A DNA stretch of 62,328 nt, the filler included, from Choristocarpus tenellus KU-1152 (Eukaryota; Protista; Phaeophyceae), in NCBI GenBank assembly GCA_964200185.2. It is 11 parts of 11 records of this genome, joined end to end, with 100 filler letters (N's around TTAATTAATTAA, not from the genome) between each part and the next. Parts side by side here need not be neighbours in the genome. Positions count along the whole stretch, not along the records: positions 11,086 to 22,518 come from CAXNAD020002323.1; positions 22,619 to 27,353 come from CAXNAD020013278.1; 9 more parts are not named here. One strand, 5' to 3'. This document shows, in pieces, positions 12,790 to 25,092 of this stretch; positions within the stretch are counted from its first letter, which is position 1; each line of letters begins with the position of its first letter. The position numbers and the translations under genes are program-made. The notes beneath the pieces are model-generated. The model was given only the letters and a program-made list of their open reading frames with translations. It was not told the DNA's origin and ran no database searches.

Positions 12790-14100
12790 AGATAGTATCA
12801 TGCCCACTGGCGTTTAGTAGATTCTGTTGTTGAGGAAATAATCAGAAGCAAGCATAGAAGGCAAACATAAAACTTCACAACAAAGAGTTCTAGTGCAAAA
12901 TATTTGAAGGAAAGAAAACTGCCGAACTAGATAACTACTAAGACAACATAGCTGAAACAGATTCTGTACTGATGCTATGAATAAGGTGTAGATACAACAG
13001 GAAATTTCGAAGAGTCTTTAAAGCCCCATCTTGCCCACTGGGGTGGTGTCTCCAGCTTGAACTGCATGGCAGCACCCTCTTTTGTTGTTGCATGTTAATA
13101 AGGATTTGTACTGAATATAGTTTCAGACTTAGGGTTAGTGTGAGTGTACGTGTTGTAAAATGTACCTGATGTGTTGCTACGATTCGATATGGTTGCTGCT
13201 ACTCATCACAGCCGAAAGTTGGGGACGATATTGGATTGGTTTTCTCTCACAAAATTGAGCGCTACACGCCCTACTTGTAACACTCAGTACTTCAGACACC
13301 TCAATTTCTTCTGTCCAGCGTTTACATTTCGATCATAATTCAGTACATGATAAGGGTATGCCCACTGACATTTTGGAGATGCTGTCGTGAAGGAGACTAC
13401 AAGTCTCATGCAGAGGAAGAGAATGCAACACAACATTAAAGTATATCTTGAACATTAGAGACCTTTTAAAACACCAGCTAAACTGAGTAAGATGAAATTT
13501 TTCAAATCGATTGATAGTATATGCTCGTAAACCACAATGCGAATAAATTATCATCTTGGTCACTAGACCTCATTGTTGTGGTAGAGTGAAATCCTTGAAA
13601 TCACATGCAACAACTTGTGATGGTGCAGCAAAAAGACACAACCCCCAGCCATTAACTGAAAGCTGATATTACTATTGTAAGGTTCCAGTATTGATTTGGT
13701 CCTGTTATGATCTTCCAATACCAAGTGCTTTTTACTGTGGTACAGCAAGGATAAACATGTATTCCATACTCGTACCACAGGGTAAAATGAACCAGAAAAC
13801 AAACCGAGAAAGAGTGCATCAGGTGAGGTCCTCGCTTTCAGGAAAAGACATTTGAACTTTTGTTGATTCCTTTCAAAAATACTTTAAATGGTGAAAAAAA
13901 TGCCACATACTCCTGCAAATGGTCCCAGTTAAAAAAAGTCAGGCTTTCATCGCCCTTATTCATTTCAATCCTACGAAGTCCAAAGCACAACAGACCTTGC
14001 CACTGCTTAACTTGGAGGGTGAAATATTTTTGAGATGTGAACCAATTCTCCTCTATTCTTATTGCATCAAACAACACTTCCTACTGTACTAATGAAAACA
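12790..14100 (-). pseudogene. Highly decayed DNA-transposase-like relic, possibly Sola-type
   Basis: Scattered fragments (RF..FHL..F.W, HETCSLL, PVG) weakly recall Sola-type transposases; no intact ORF. Confidence 0.25.
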
Positions 14101-14524
14101 AGCCTCCTAAACTATGTCAATAGTGTCACTACAACTAGAAGCCCATTCCAGGAAGTACAGGGATGAAAATAAACAGTGAGGCTGATCAGTTCCTAATAGC
14201 ATCTAAGCAAATGACATAGTATCTACAGAGTGTCATTTGTCATATTTGAAGACGAGATAAACCTCTCAGGAAAAATATAAAATATCCCTCCCCAACTCTC
14301 ACCCTCAACAACCCTCACATATCCCACAATAATAGAACTAATTATTATTGGTCCAAAAGAGATGCCAAGAATAGTGCATCAAAAACCTAAGACATACTTA
14401 TAACTCAAAAGTACACTTTCAAAATACTACACTGTCACCTGACATAAACGGTGCACTTTTATGTAGGGTTTTCAAATCCAGTCTGCGATTGCTTTCTCGT
14501 AATCAGTGTAGGGATACAGTGACC

Positions 14525-15909
14525 TCAACATTTTCCTCCAACGCTCATCGATATGGGCTCCACTGTGGCATCCAGTGTTGCAGGTGAGGATTCCACAGTG
14601 ATGAGAGGAGCTCCTTTGGCAACCAGGCTAGCACCTATCATCTCTTCATTATCTTTCCTGACAAGCATTGGAGACCCTCTAGCTCTTTCAGGCCTCAGTG
14701 AAGGCCAATACTTGTCCTTCACCTCATCTAGGAAACGATTCCACTGTAACCAATGCTCTTTTTTGGGGTAGCGCAGGGGTGTTGCCCCTCGCACATCGGC
14801 TGTTTGCAACAGCCATGGGTCACGGTCCAGCATCACCGATATCACATCAAAGTGGGGCTCAGCAGTCCAACACGCATCATGCATAGGCGTCTTCCCGAAG
14901 TCATCACAGATATGTAGCGATCCTCCATTCTCTAGGATGACTTCCAACACCTTGACATTCCCACGTCGAGTAGCAAGGTGCACCACTGACTCCCCGAACT
15001 CATTAGCCGCCCCCATGGCTGTACCATTGTCGGCCATTTCCTGCAGCGCTTTGCAATCCAGACGACGCACAGCATCCAATAGTGGGAGTGCATAGTCCTT
15101 GATCTCCTTTTCTGAGGGACGATTGGAGTATCCCGATTTAGTAGCCACCTTTAGTGCTGGGTCATATCCCTGTCCAAAGTAAGGAGAAGAGGAGTGGTGT
15201 GTCGATTACTATGAAAACGTTGGTCGAAGGCTGGCCACCAGAGCGTAGGGCGTTAAGGTAGTACAACTGTTGGCCAATTTAACAAGGAGTTTACTTCCTG
15301 AATCCCTCCAGTTGAGGGCAAACAGTCTGCTCTATGACGAAGCGATGATTGCACCACCTATACCATTCGCATGTTTACTGGAATAATCCTATCTGATGTG
15401 TGATATGTGCATCATGTGAGACATGCAGGAATGAACCACTGATATCAAACCATGGTTGCATGGGACGGAGCAACAGACTTTGAAAAAAATATTAAGAGGA
15501 ACAATGGCAAAAAATCATCTCACAAACTAGGACGTTGTGGGTAAGGCTGTGAAAAAATAGGGAGTCGTTGTGTCACCCGTTGTCGAAGAAGTTTTGCCAT
15601 GTAGTCCTGAGGGCATGGCACTCTCGAGAAACGCGAACCAAATTCTTGACGAACAACTTCCAATTTTCTTCCGGCGGCCATCATTACCACCGTGTCTTCC
15701 TGGAGCATACCACACTTGCTGCAGCAACCTATAGTTTGGATGGGCGTTTCTTGTTTTGCACGCTTATGGCTACACCCATTGCCACACGATGCAGCCACGA
15801 TCTTCCCCTTGTTAAGTCCTAGCAAAGAAACAGCGCCACTCTTCGCAAAGAGCCTCGCAGTCACTGGGGATACATATCGCACGCTGCCCTCCGCTCGATT
15901 GTTCCCCAT
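14525..15909 (-). CDS. Ankyrin-repeat protein (stramenopile-type); coding exons 15909-15577 and 15169-14525
   Basis: GESVVHLATRRG, DDFGKTPMHDACW and DVRGATPL ankyrin repeats; phase-0 intron CGG|GTGACA...CAG|GGA restores LRQRGYD; upstream acceptor at 15951 with an ACTAAC branch point. The start codon is inferred. Confidence 0.85.
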
Positions 15910-16849
15910 ACTCAGGTCGGTCCCTCGCCACGTGGACACCTCAATGTTGTCTGTGGGCGTTAGTATAGGAGGAAGACGGAAATATATGTAAGTCAAAAAG
16001 CTCCCCTGTCCCACCTCTGAGCTGCAGCGTGGTCATTGAAGCAAGGAACCCGTAAGTGTTAGGCAAGGGTGTCGAGATGTTAGCATTTTCTCTCAGACCC
16101 ACCTTCAAAGCGTCTTTCTCCTATCTATTCAACAAAGAGATGACTGAGCAATGCAGTAACCACGTTCGCTGGCCAACGTCCCTTTGTTGACCGAACCAGG
16201 TGTTGTTCCAATTACTTTACCTCCCGCCCTCACCTAGCAATTGTGCCTTCTTGACTCCGTGAGGGGAGTACGGAGGTATTGGCTTTGATGTGGTGAAAAT
16301 GACTAGATGGGAATGGTCGTAATGAATTTCTATGGTCTCAAGATTGTTGCAATGAATTGTTAAAGTTTGAGTACGTGGCAGTAGTATTAGATATGTTTTG
16401 TGTAAATGTGTCGGTGAATTCTATTGACGTCACGCCAAAGGTTCAACAGATGGGTAGAAGGTGTATATCAATCTCTTGTGTAACCACGTAATCACTTATA
16501 TTGTTCAACTGACCTAAAGGATATGTTCCACGTCATGATACAAACTTTGTATGATCCAGGGGGGCATAACTTCATCTCTATTAAACAAATAGGGAGAATA
16601 TCTAAAAATGACCCTGTACTCCACGATCAGTAGGTTCGAATATTTTTATGTTCAAGGAAAACCATAAAATGTTATTTTCAATACTGTAAAGATTTGAACT
16701 CAATAATAGAAATAGTAGTAAGAAAGTCTCATCAACCAAAGAAGAAAAAGATAAGGGGGTGGTAAACGAAAGTTGAAGATTGGATTAATGGCTGGGAGGT
16801 GTACGGTATAAATCTAGAAGTTAATCGGAAATGAGTGTCAGGAGGATAA

Positions 16850-18350
16850 GGGAGGTGCAGGCACAGATGCCCACAGGTGCGGGGGGTTTGGGCCTCTCCT
16901 CTATGAAACACCGCCAACACGTGGCTTTTGTAGGATCACTGGTGACGACTCTCCCCACCCTCCTAGCAAGGCAGCAAGGGCCTCATGGCGAGTCCTTCTC
17001 ACAAGGCTGCTTGCGCGAGCCCCACAGTACAGGTTTTAGAATCGTCCATTCACACCCTCCTTTCTATAGGTATCCCCTCAGAAGACCTTGAAGAAATCAT
17101 TGCCCAAGACTGGGTAACCTGGGGGGGAACAACATCCCCCGCACCTGCTGCCCCAGAGGTCCACATCCTGGTAGCTCATGATGCCAAGGATCACAAGGAG
17201 GGCTCAATATGGGATCACACTCCTCCTGAACAGGATCCGTTTCGACTCCTTTAGGGAACAACTAGCCGGCCTACCAAGTGAAGTACAACAGGAGAAGGAA
17301 AGTTCCTCATTAGCCCTAGCACACCACCGGAGCCAGTGTCGACAAGGGGACAAACGCATGGGCCTCAATGCAACCCCTGGAGGCGGCATGCCAAATCCCC
17401 ACTAAAAATTCAAGCTTACAGCCAGAAGATCCCTAGGGAGGGAAGAAGCCCTGTCAAACAGGTGCCCAGTGGCGAGGCGCAGGAGGCAAAATGTCAACAC
17501 CAGACATGCCTGTACCTGCCCCAGAGTAGGAGGCCAGGTACGACAGCACACACCCATGGTGAAACATCTAAGCCAACTATGCAAGGGAATGGGCATCCCT
17601 TGCACTATGGAGGACGGCAGCTCCTTCACGATAGACAGGAATCTTCGAAATGGGTCTAGTCTTCCATGCAGGGGCACTTGCAGGTGCTGGAATAGCCCCC
17701 TACCAGGACAAAGCCCTTCTGCTTGGATGTTATATTTGCAGAAGTGCAAGCAACCTCCCATTTCACACATTCATCCACCAGCAATGGAGTAGTTGCTGCT
17801 GCAGGTGAGGCATGAAAGTGCACCCACTACGAGGGGTTTTTTATCCTCGTAGTTAAAACCTCAACACCTTCGCAGTGGAAACGTTTGGGCACCTCATCAA
17901 GCAAGCAGAATGTTTCCTGGATGAGCTGGCTACACACATGGTGGGGGGGAGAGGAACCGGAGGATATGGTAGGAAAGGAACAGTCAAATCCTGCCTACGT
18001 CATATAGTATCTGTAGCAACGCAAGTGGCATTGTCTAGATGTGCCATGCGTTTCAATCTGGAGTCACCAGGGAGATGGGCACAGAGGGTTTTGTTGGATT
18101 GTTGGGATGCCTCCCCAGCTCCTCACCCTTGGGTGCAGGAATAGGTAGATTAGAGGCACAGGAAGGTAGTGGTACATCATAGATAGTAGTGAAATAAAAA
18201 ATAGATTAGTGTGTTTCTCACATTGTTTGTGATGATATATTTTACTTCTTTAGGGTTTATACTGATATGTGAATAGTTTTCATTCATTGGTTTTCCCCCT
18301 CACATATCTGCAAAATGTCAGAGGGATTAATAATATATATATATATATAT
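16850..18350 (+). mobile_element. 5'-truncated non-LTR retrotransposon with C-terminal zinc knuckle and restriction-like endonuclease (CRE-like), decayed
   Basis: MP.G.GGLGL post-RT motif, C..RH..C knuckle, RH..V..L, DV, A...K..HY, ETFG; 3' UTR with AAT/AT tail. Confidence 0.8.
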
Positions 18351-18594
18351 AAGGGAGGTAAGGAGCGGAGCGGAACGAAAGGTAAAAAGCAAAGGGGGAG
18401 GTAGAAGGACTAGAAGGGTCAGGAACAAAGGCAACCTCTAAGCAATCTTTCCTTACCCACACACCCCTTCAATTGGTCACGATTGAGTGGGATATTGGGG
18501 GAGGGGGGGAGGTAAAGGTTGGGTGGGGTAGTGTCTTTTGGTTCAAAGGCACGGTATAGGATTGGATGATTGGAGGGTGTATCTTGGATGAATG

Positions 18595-18740
18595 TGAAGC
18601 GTGGTGGAGTGGCGTAGAGTGTTGGGGTGTGGTGGAGAGTGGTACATTCTAAAATGAAAAATGATGCAAAGTGGTGTGGTTTAGTGTTATAGAGTGATGT
18701 ATTGTGCTGGAGAGTGTTGTGAAATAAGGTAGAGTGGATT
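18595..18740. repeat. Degenerate 5-bp periodic GTG(G/T)N microsatellite
   Basis: GTGGA GTGGC GTAGA GTGTT-type runs. Confidence 0.5.
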
Positions 18741-19084
18741 CGCGGAATTGGTCGCATTGCTTGGAGAGTAGATTCGTTGAAACTGACCACGTTGGATATA
18801 TAGAAATTGACTGCTGTGGTTGGTGACAGGATATGCGGAAAATGACTGCATAGTTTGTGGGGGAACAAGGATAGTGTGTGGAGAGAATAAAGAAATTGTG
18901 TGACATTGGTTGAGGACAAGCCTAATGAACTAATCCGGAAATCGTGAGCAAAGCAAAAGAACCTAGTGAAAAAGCCGCAAAAAGAGGAATAAAGATTCTA
19001 TTAACATTGCATACAATACAAGAACAAACCTCTACTTCAATCGTACCAATATGTGAGTAGTTCCTCTATAAAATAAAATAATTT

Positions 19085-20640
19085 ATTATGCTAAGATTAT
19101 GCCCTCTTCACATTTTGTAGGTGTATCGCCGAAAAAAACATACATGTACAACAAGGACTGGTGTAAAAACAACAGTTACCTTAATGCAAAAGACCTCTCC
19201 CTAAGAAATACTGGAGGCTACAGAAGGAAAGGGGCGGTCAAATCCCGCCTACGACAAATAGTCTCTTTCACAACGTAGGTGGTCCTGTCTAGACTTGTCA
19301 TGCGTTTTAAGCCGGAGACACCAGGGAGATGGGCAAGGAGGTGCTTGTTAGACTCTCTGGAGTACAGGACTAAGCTAGGTTAGAGGCACAGGAAGGGAAC
19401 GGTGTAGCATAACTGGTAGAAAATAGTAAATAGATGACGTTTTTCACATTTATGTCAACTGTCACTTTTTTAGGGATTTTTCTGACATGATAATAGTTTT
19501 AATTGATAGCAATAGTTGGTGTGAATAGCTTTCATTGTTTTTTCCCCTGACACAACTGGAAAATGTCAGAGGGCATGATAATATATAAATATAATCATTT
19601 TGTAGATGTGTCAGGGGAAAAACAATGAAACGCCAGTTCAGTATCATACTTACTATTTGAAACTAACTAGACAAATGTGGAAAGCAGATTTATATTGTTA
19701 TACCGTCATTGCCGCATGTGATATACCGTTATACCGACTGAGGTTTCCTTGTCAGGAATCCTTGATTCCAGTGGGTCTTATGGATATTTGAGGTGGAGAC
19801 ACCAGGGAGATGTGCAAGGAGGGGAGTGGTATAACATAGCTGGTAATAAAATAGTAAATATATTATAGATATCTTTCACATTCGCGACCACTATCGCTTT
19901 TTCAAGGGTTGTTCTCATATTGAATTGACTTTCGGTTTTCCCCTCACATATCTCCAAAATGTCAGAGGACATAATAAGAAGAATATTTGAGGTGTGAAAT
20001 CTTTCAAGAGATCAATTCCACAAATAGTGGACATCTCTTCAACCCGAGATGTCACACATCAAAGAGATTCTCTTTGTTGTCACGCCTTGACATTTATGAT
20101 GATCCCCCTCTCGTAAGATTCTCATCACTCCACAATTTCCTGCAAGTCCCTTCTGTTTTGCAGTTGTCCAACCTTAACCTCTCTCGGCTACGGTTTGTCT
20201 TGGTCAGTCTGGTCCGCCTTGCCCGATGATTCTCTTTACCACCCTTGCCTGAGTAAGCCGCGCCACTACAGAATCACACGATTCATACTAGCAAGGCGGG
20301 GAAATATACAAAAATAATATGATGGGGATCAAAATATGATGATGAATTGGCTTTTCCCCTGACATTTTTCAGGTGTGTCCGGGTGAAAACTAATTGAAAG
20401 CTATTTACATGTCAGAAAAATCGCAAACAAAGTAACATTTGCCGTAAATGTGAAAAGCATTAATCTACTTACAATTTTACTACCAGCTATGCTACACCAT
20501 TACCTTCCTATGCCTCCAACCTAGCTTAGTCCTGCACCTCAGGGTGAGGAGCTAGGGAAGCATCCCAAGAATCTAACAAGCCCCTCCTTGCCCATCTCCT
20601 TAATGTCTCCAGCTTAAAACGCATGACAAGTTTAGATAGG
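19085..20640. mobile_element. Cluster of CRE-like 3'-end fragments in both orientations (about 19085-19140 -, 19210-19595 +, 19596-19630 -, 19790-19980 +, 20345-20640 -)
   Basis: Repeated matches to the ORF end and 3' UTR of 17950-18345. Confidence 0.75.
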
Positions 20641-20886
20641 GCTATCATCAAAATTCTGCTCGATTTTGATTTTAATCTGGTTACTGATTTTAACTACAAA
20701 TCATACTAGGATGAGCCTGTCCACGTACCTGAAATTGTTTTTCATTCGCATTCTAGAATGAGAGGGTCGGATGTTTTTTCTCAGGAAATTGTATGGACAT
20801 TCATAGGACCACATCTCAGGTGAATTGAGAAGACACACCTGACCATTACTATTTTGCGCTAAATCACAAAAAGAGACGCGCGGAAA

Positions 20887-21051
20887 AGCTCAAAGTATCT
20901 GGAGGGGGGGGGGGGGGGGGGGTACACCAGGGTGTCCATTCGGGCCCTGACCAGGAAAAGTGCACTTACATTGTCCATCCGACCAAGAATCGGGACATGG
21001 AAAAATGCGCCCCGAATGGACAGCCGCCATCCCCCCTAGACACTTGGAGCC
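20887..21051 (+). mobile_element. Family C MITE, TSD AAA
   Basis: AAA|AGCTCAAAGTATCTGG(G)n...GACACTTGGAGCC|AAA. Confidence 0.85.
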
Positions 21052-21329
21052 AAAGATCTGGATGGTGGTGGTGATAATTACTGTGAGGTAGAGAGGGTAC
21101 GTACCGGATTCAAGGCGAGGAGGTGGAGTATTGACTAGTGTAATGACTGAAATTAACGTCCAAGAAAAAACCAAGGCATACATGGCGAAGTGCAACTAGT
21201 TGTGGTGCAACAGGCAGTTTGTAGTAGGGTAGAAAAAATAGTACGGTGTGCACAGAGATCTGACCCATGGATCAGGGGACTAGGTAAGGTGAAGGGACGT
21301 GTGCGACCAGGAAGAACTCTTTTCGTTAG

Positions 21330-21550
21330 GTTTGGAAGAATCCGGTCATCACCGTACTTCACAAGAAGAAGGAACGAACTGACTGTGGTAACTATCTGGG
21401 CATCTCATTGGTGGCACATGCTGGCGACAAGGTACTTCTCAGGGTTTTTGCACTGGTGGTTGGGAGAATACCTGGAGTGGGAGAAAATTCTTTGCAAGGA
21501 ACAGTTTGACTTCCAACCTGACGCTCCACAGTGGGACATGATATGCACTT
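21330..21550 (+). mobile_element. RTE-clade LINE reverse transcriptase fragment
   Basis: Translates [31 protein letters not shown], then EQFDF.P after a frameshift. Confidence 0.8.
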
Positions 21551-22618
21551 TATGTGTTGAAGTATAGGCTACTCTTAATTGTATATATATACAGTTCAGT
21601 ATTATTACCTTGTAACGACTGTCCTGTTCCCTACCAACAGTTCTCCGATTGTGTGGCTGTACAGCCAAGCCCAAAGCCACTGTATAGTGGCCTATACTTT
21701 TATGCCGCTATTACTCATTATCCACTCTGTTTGTTCAATGTTGTTCTTGTTCGTGGATTGGTATTCTGTACCTTGAATACAGAGTATGTCACCATATACA
21801 TGATACGTAGTTGTTGACACAGATTTGGCACTTGTTTCTTCTTTTTTATAGATAGGACAGACTGCTGGCTTTGACGTCTAACTGTACATTGACATCTCCA
21901 AGCTGTTGCTACCTCGAGCTCACTCTGCATGAAAGTCTACACCAATGCACACCTGAATGGAATATATTCTGAGTTAATATCATCCATAACCTTCACCACA
22001 AGGAAACAAACCTCTACTCAGAGCATGCATATCCAACATTACACCACTAGCTAGTACTGTCCTGGCCGCATTAACGAAGTCTCTCCACAGAATAAATCAC
22101 TAGGCTTATAGTATTGGGCTTCAATAGCGCTTCAGTGTATTGGGTCACACCTCCTCGCTATCATTAGATTCCAGTTTCATCACGTTGGAGAGTAATCTCT
22201 CATAAATATTTGTGATTTGTGGAATTGTTGATTTTTTGTTTGTTCAAGGTTCACGCACATGATTGTCCTTGGCAGTCACTAGGACCAAAAATTGGAATTT
22301 TTTCAATTTCAAATTACTATGCTTGTCGAAAATTTGCATCGTGAATTTTGTGTCACTAGGAGTAGCCCTGAGAAGCCCTGCATCCACAGGCTGCACTTCT
22401 AGCAGATCCACCATGCTTCATTAGTTGGATCATCTTTAAATATAGACGCTGTGTATCCCCCCCTACCTATGGAACATACCACTTTGTATGTCTTGCGTCC
22501 ATTGTCCAGAGGTCAAAGNNNNNNNNNNNNNNNNNNNNNNNNNNNNNNNNNNNNNNNNNNNNTTAATTAATTAANNNNNNNNNNNNNNNNNNNNNNNNNN
22601 NNNNNNNNNNNNNNNNNN

Positions 22619-22857
22619 CCGGGGGGCCCTTCTATCCTTGTACCTTTGACCTGGTCGAGGTCGCTTCCAAATCGTGGCGGTGCTCTCCACAAGCACCCAA
22701 ATATTTTTGAACAAAAATATATCCCATTTGTAGCTGGGCCCTTAAAAAGTGCCGCAACATTTACAACAAGGAAACACAAGGGCACTTTCCGCGCACCATT
22801 TTGGGTCAAACCCATCCTACATAGTATGCTCCATCCTCAATTTTGGTGATTGACTGT
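22619..22857. mobile_element. Family D-related element end with more internal sequence
   Basis: TTTTGGGTCAAACCCATCCT...CTCCATCCTCAATTTTGGTGATTGACTGT. Confidence 0.6.
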
Positions 22858-25092
22858 TTTCTGAAGTTGATTGAAATGTATGAGATTGTAAATTTGAGAA
22901 AAGTGAACTTCCTTGATTTGGACACACCTTCGACATCCATCCATAGGCTCCTGATTCCTGATGGAGGTTGCCTTGTTTTATGTCAGGAAATGGTGGTGTT
23001 AAGGCACAATATTATATGAGACTTTTATAATCAAAATTGCAATTCATGGGATGTCAAGTTCATTAATGGTGTTATTTTTGGATGAACGCACACCGCAGAA
23101 GATTGGTTGCCAGACTCCAATAATAGCAGATGCCACTATCATCTCATTATATTTACATTGCTTTACAGAACTGCAACCAATGGCACTCGCTGAATCGAAC
23201 AGTCAACACCATAGCAAGCCCATCCATGACCCCAACCAATCGTTCAGCAAAATGACTCCGATTTTGAGGAATGTCCGTTACTTGTTCCGTGAGATTCACT
23301 ATCGCACTATAGTTCAAAACCACACTACTACCGCCCATGATCCCATCTCAACCTTCACTCCATTCACTGTTTCTGTAGCAACAGAGAGTTAAACCCATCT
23401 ATTTCATTATGGATATCTACCCCAGACACCACCACCCAAGGATTGGAAACAAAATTGGAAGTAGAGGAGGTTTGTGCTGGTTGAACTTCTCTTTCAATAT
23501 TAGTTTAATGTTTAACACTCTCCTTTCGAGACGATTACCACCAAGAAATTTATTTCGAGAGGATTTGCATCTCACACTCCTTCATCCCTAGTCATAGCGA
23601 AAGGGGAGGTTGGGCGTCCATTCATGGCCTGTGTGAACCTGCAGTGGTTTTCATGCGACCTGAGTGAATGTGTCAGATGTAAGGGTGATGCCCTTCATCT
23701 AAACACACCTTTTGTTTCCACCCCCGGCTGGAACCAAATCCAAAGGAAATTGCCTCGCAAAACACGCATCACACTGGGGTATCTTACAACACCTCATCAA
23801 GCCCGGAATTGACACCTTAGGCTAAACACCTACCCCCTTCTAAGATACTATCGCATGTAACGGGAGTGTGGAGGGCATGGTTCCAGTGCTCACTATGTTT
23901 AAATTTCGAGTTCGAAATGGAAGTGGGTGAAAGTAAACGAGAGGTATCCAGAGTTGCATTTATTCGGAAAAATACGGGTAAGATATTTTCCGAATTGTGT
24001 CAAAAACTTTCAAGCGATAGAGAAACCAACCCCTCTCAAAGCAAACTTAGCACTTCATCCACAGAGACATGAGTGAAATGGAAAAGATTGAAAAACTTGG
24101 TTACAGTGCAAAACAACCAAAACTGGGTAACCGTCGTTATACTTTGACTCGGTAAGAAATCAAAGGACTTGGAATGAAGGACTGTAGCAGATACCTACTC
24201 CTATTCCTCCTGCTGAAATATTTGGTGACTGCATCTAAGAAGGGGCTTTCTGTCACCCCACCACCAAGTTGTGAATGAAGGAAGACAACTAAGAACATCT
24301 CTGCAAGGGTGGACAGCCCTATCAGGCTGTCAATGTATCATAAAACAAGAACAGGCATCAAGCCATGAGGAGGAACTTTTGCCAATACATCAAAGTTAAA
24401 TCCTTGAATATGGGGCTGTATGTCAGCCAGTTCCTTTGTTCGATTGCAAAGTTTCCCTTGCACTCTTCATTTTTTTCTCTTACGGCCACTTCAACAACAT
24501 CAATCCCCCAGGGCACCTGTCCCTCTACAAACAAGATGCGCCTCTTCCACTATGCAGAGAAGCTAATCATGGAAGCTCACAACAAACTAACAAGATCACC
24601 AGCAGGGACATACATATGTAAGGTAAACAGAACCACACCAACACCTCCCCGCTCCATTGTCAAACAACTGACTACCACTAGCACAGTAGCATACTCCGGA
24701 AATTTCGAAAGATGGTGTCTTCAACAGCCGAGGGAGCAAGAAGAGCAGCGTGAAGGGACTAGGAAGGCAACCACACTTTCCCACGTCAAAAACAAAACAA
24801 AACTACACGTTCCAATTGTTCCACCCCTTCAAAAAATCCTATCTCAGGCGTTTCCTCCACCAAGAAACAATACGCCTGATAATACACAGAGTACCTCTCT
24901 GCCCAACAAAATCTCAATGGAACCCTACTAGGCAATAATGGCTCCCAACAATCCACCGCCCAGAAGAGCATCTTCTTTTTTCCTTGCAATAATTAATTTG
25001 GGAAGATGCAAATGGACAACAGTTTGGAGTATCACAATCTCGATATCTAACCACCAAATACGCTAGCATTTCCCACTATTTTTCGTTTGCAT

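Noticed and set aside
21555-21819. Possible solo LTR (TGTTGA...TTGACA)
   Set aside because: No TSD or second copy in the window.
23050-23860. Possible Gypsy integrase/chromodomain relic
   Set aside because: Too decayed to support by eye.
24365-24931. 188-aa ORF
   Set aside because: No motif or splice support; lies just downstream of the minus-strand gene, probably its 3' UTR.
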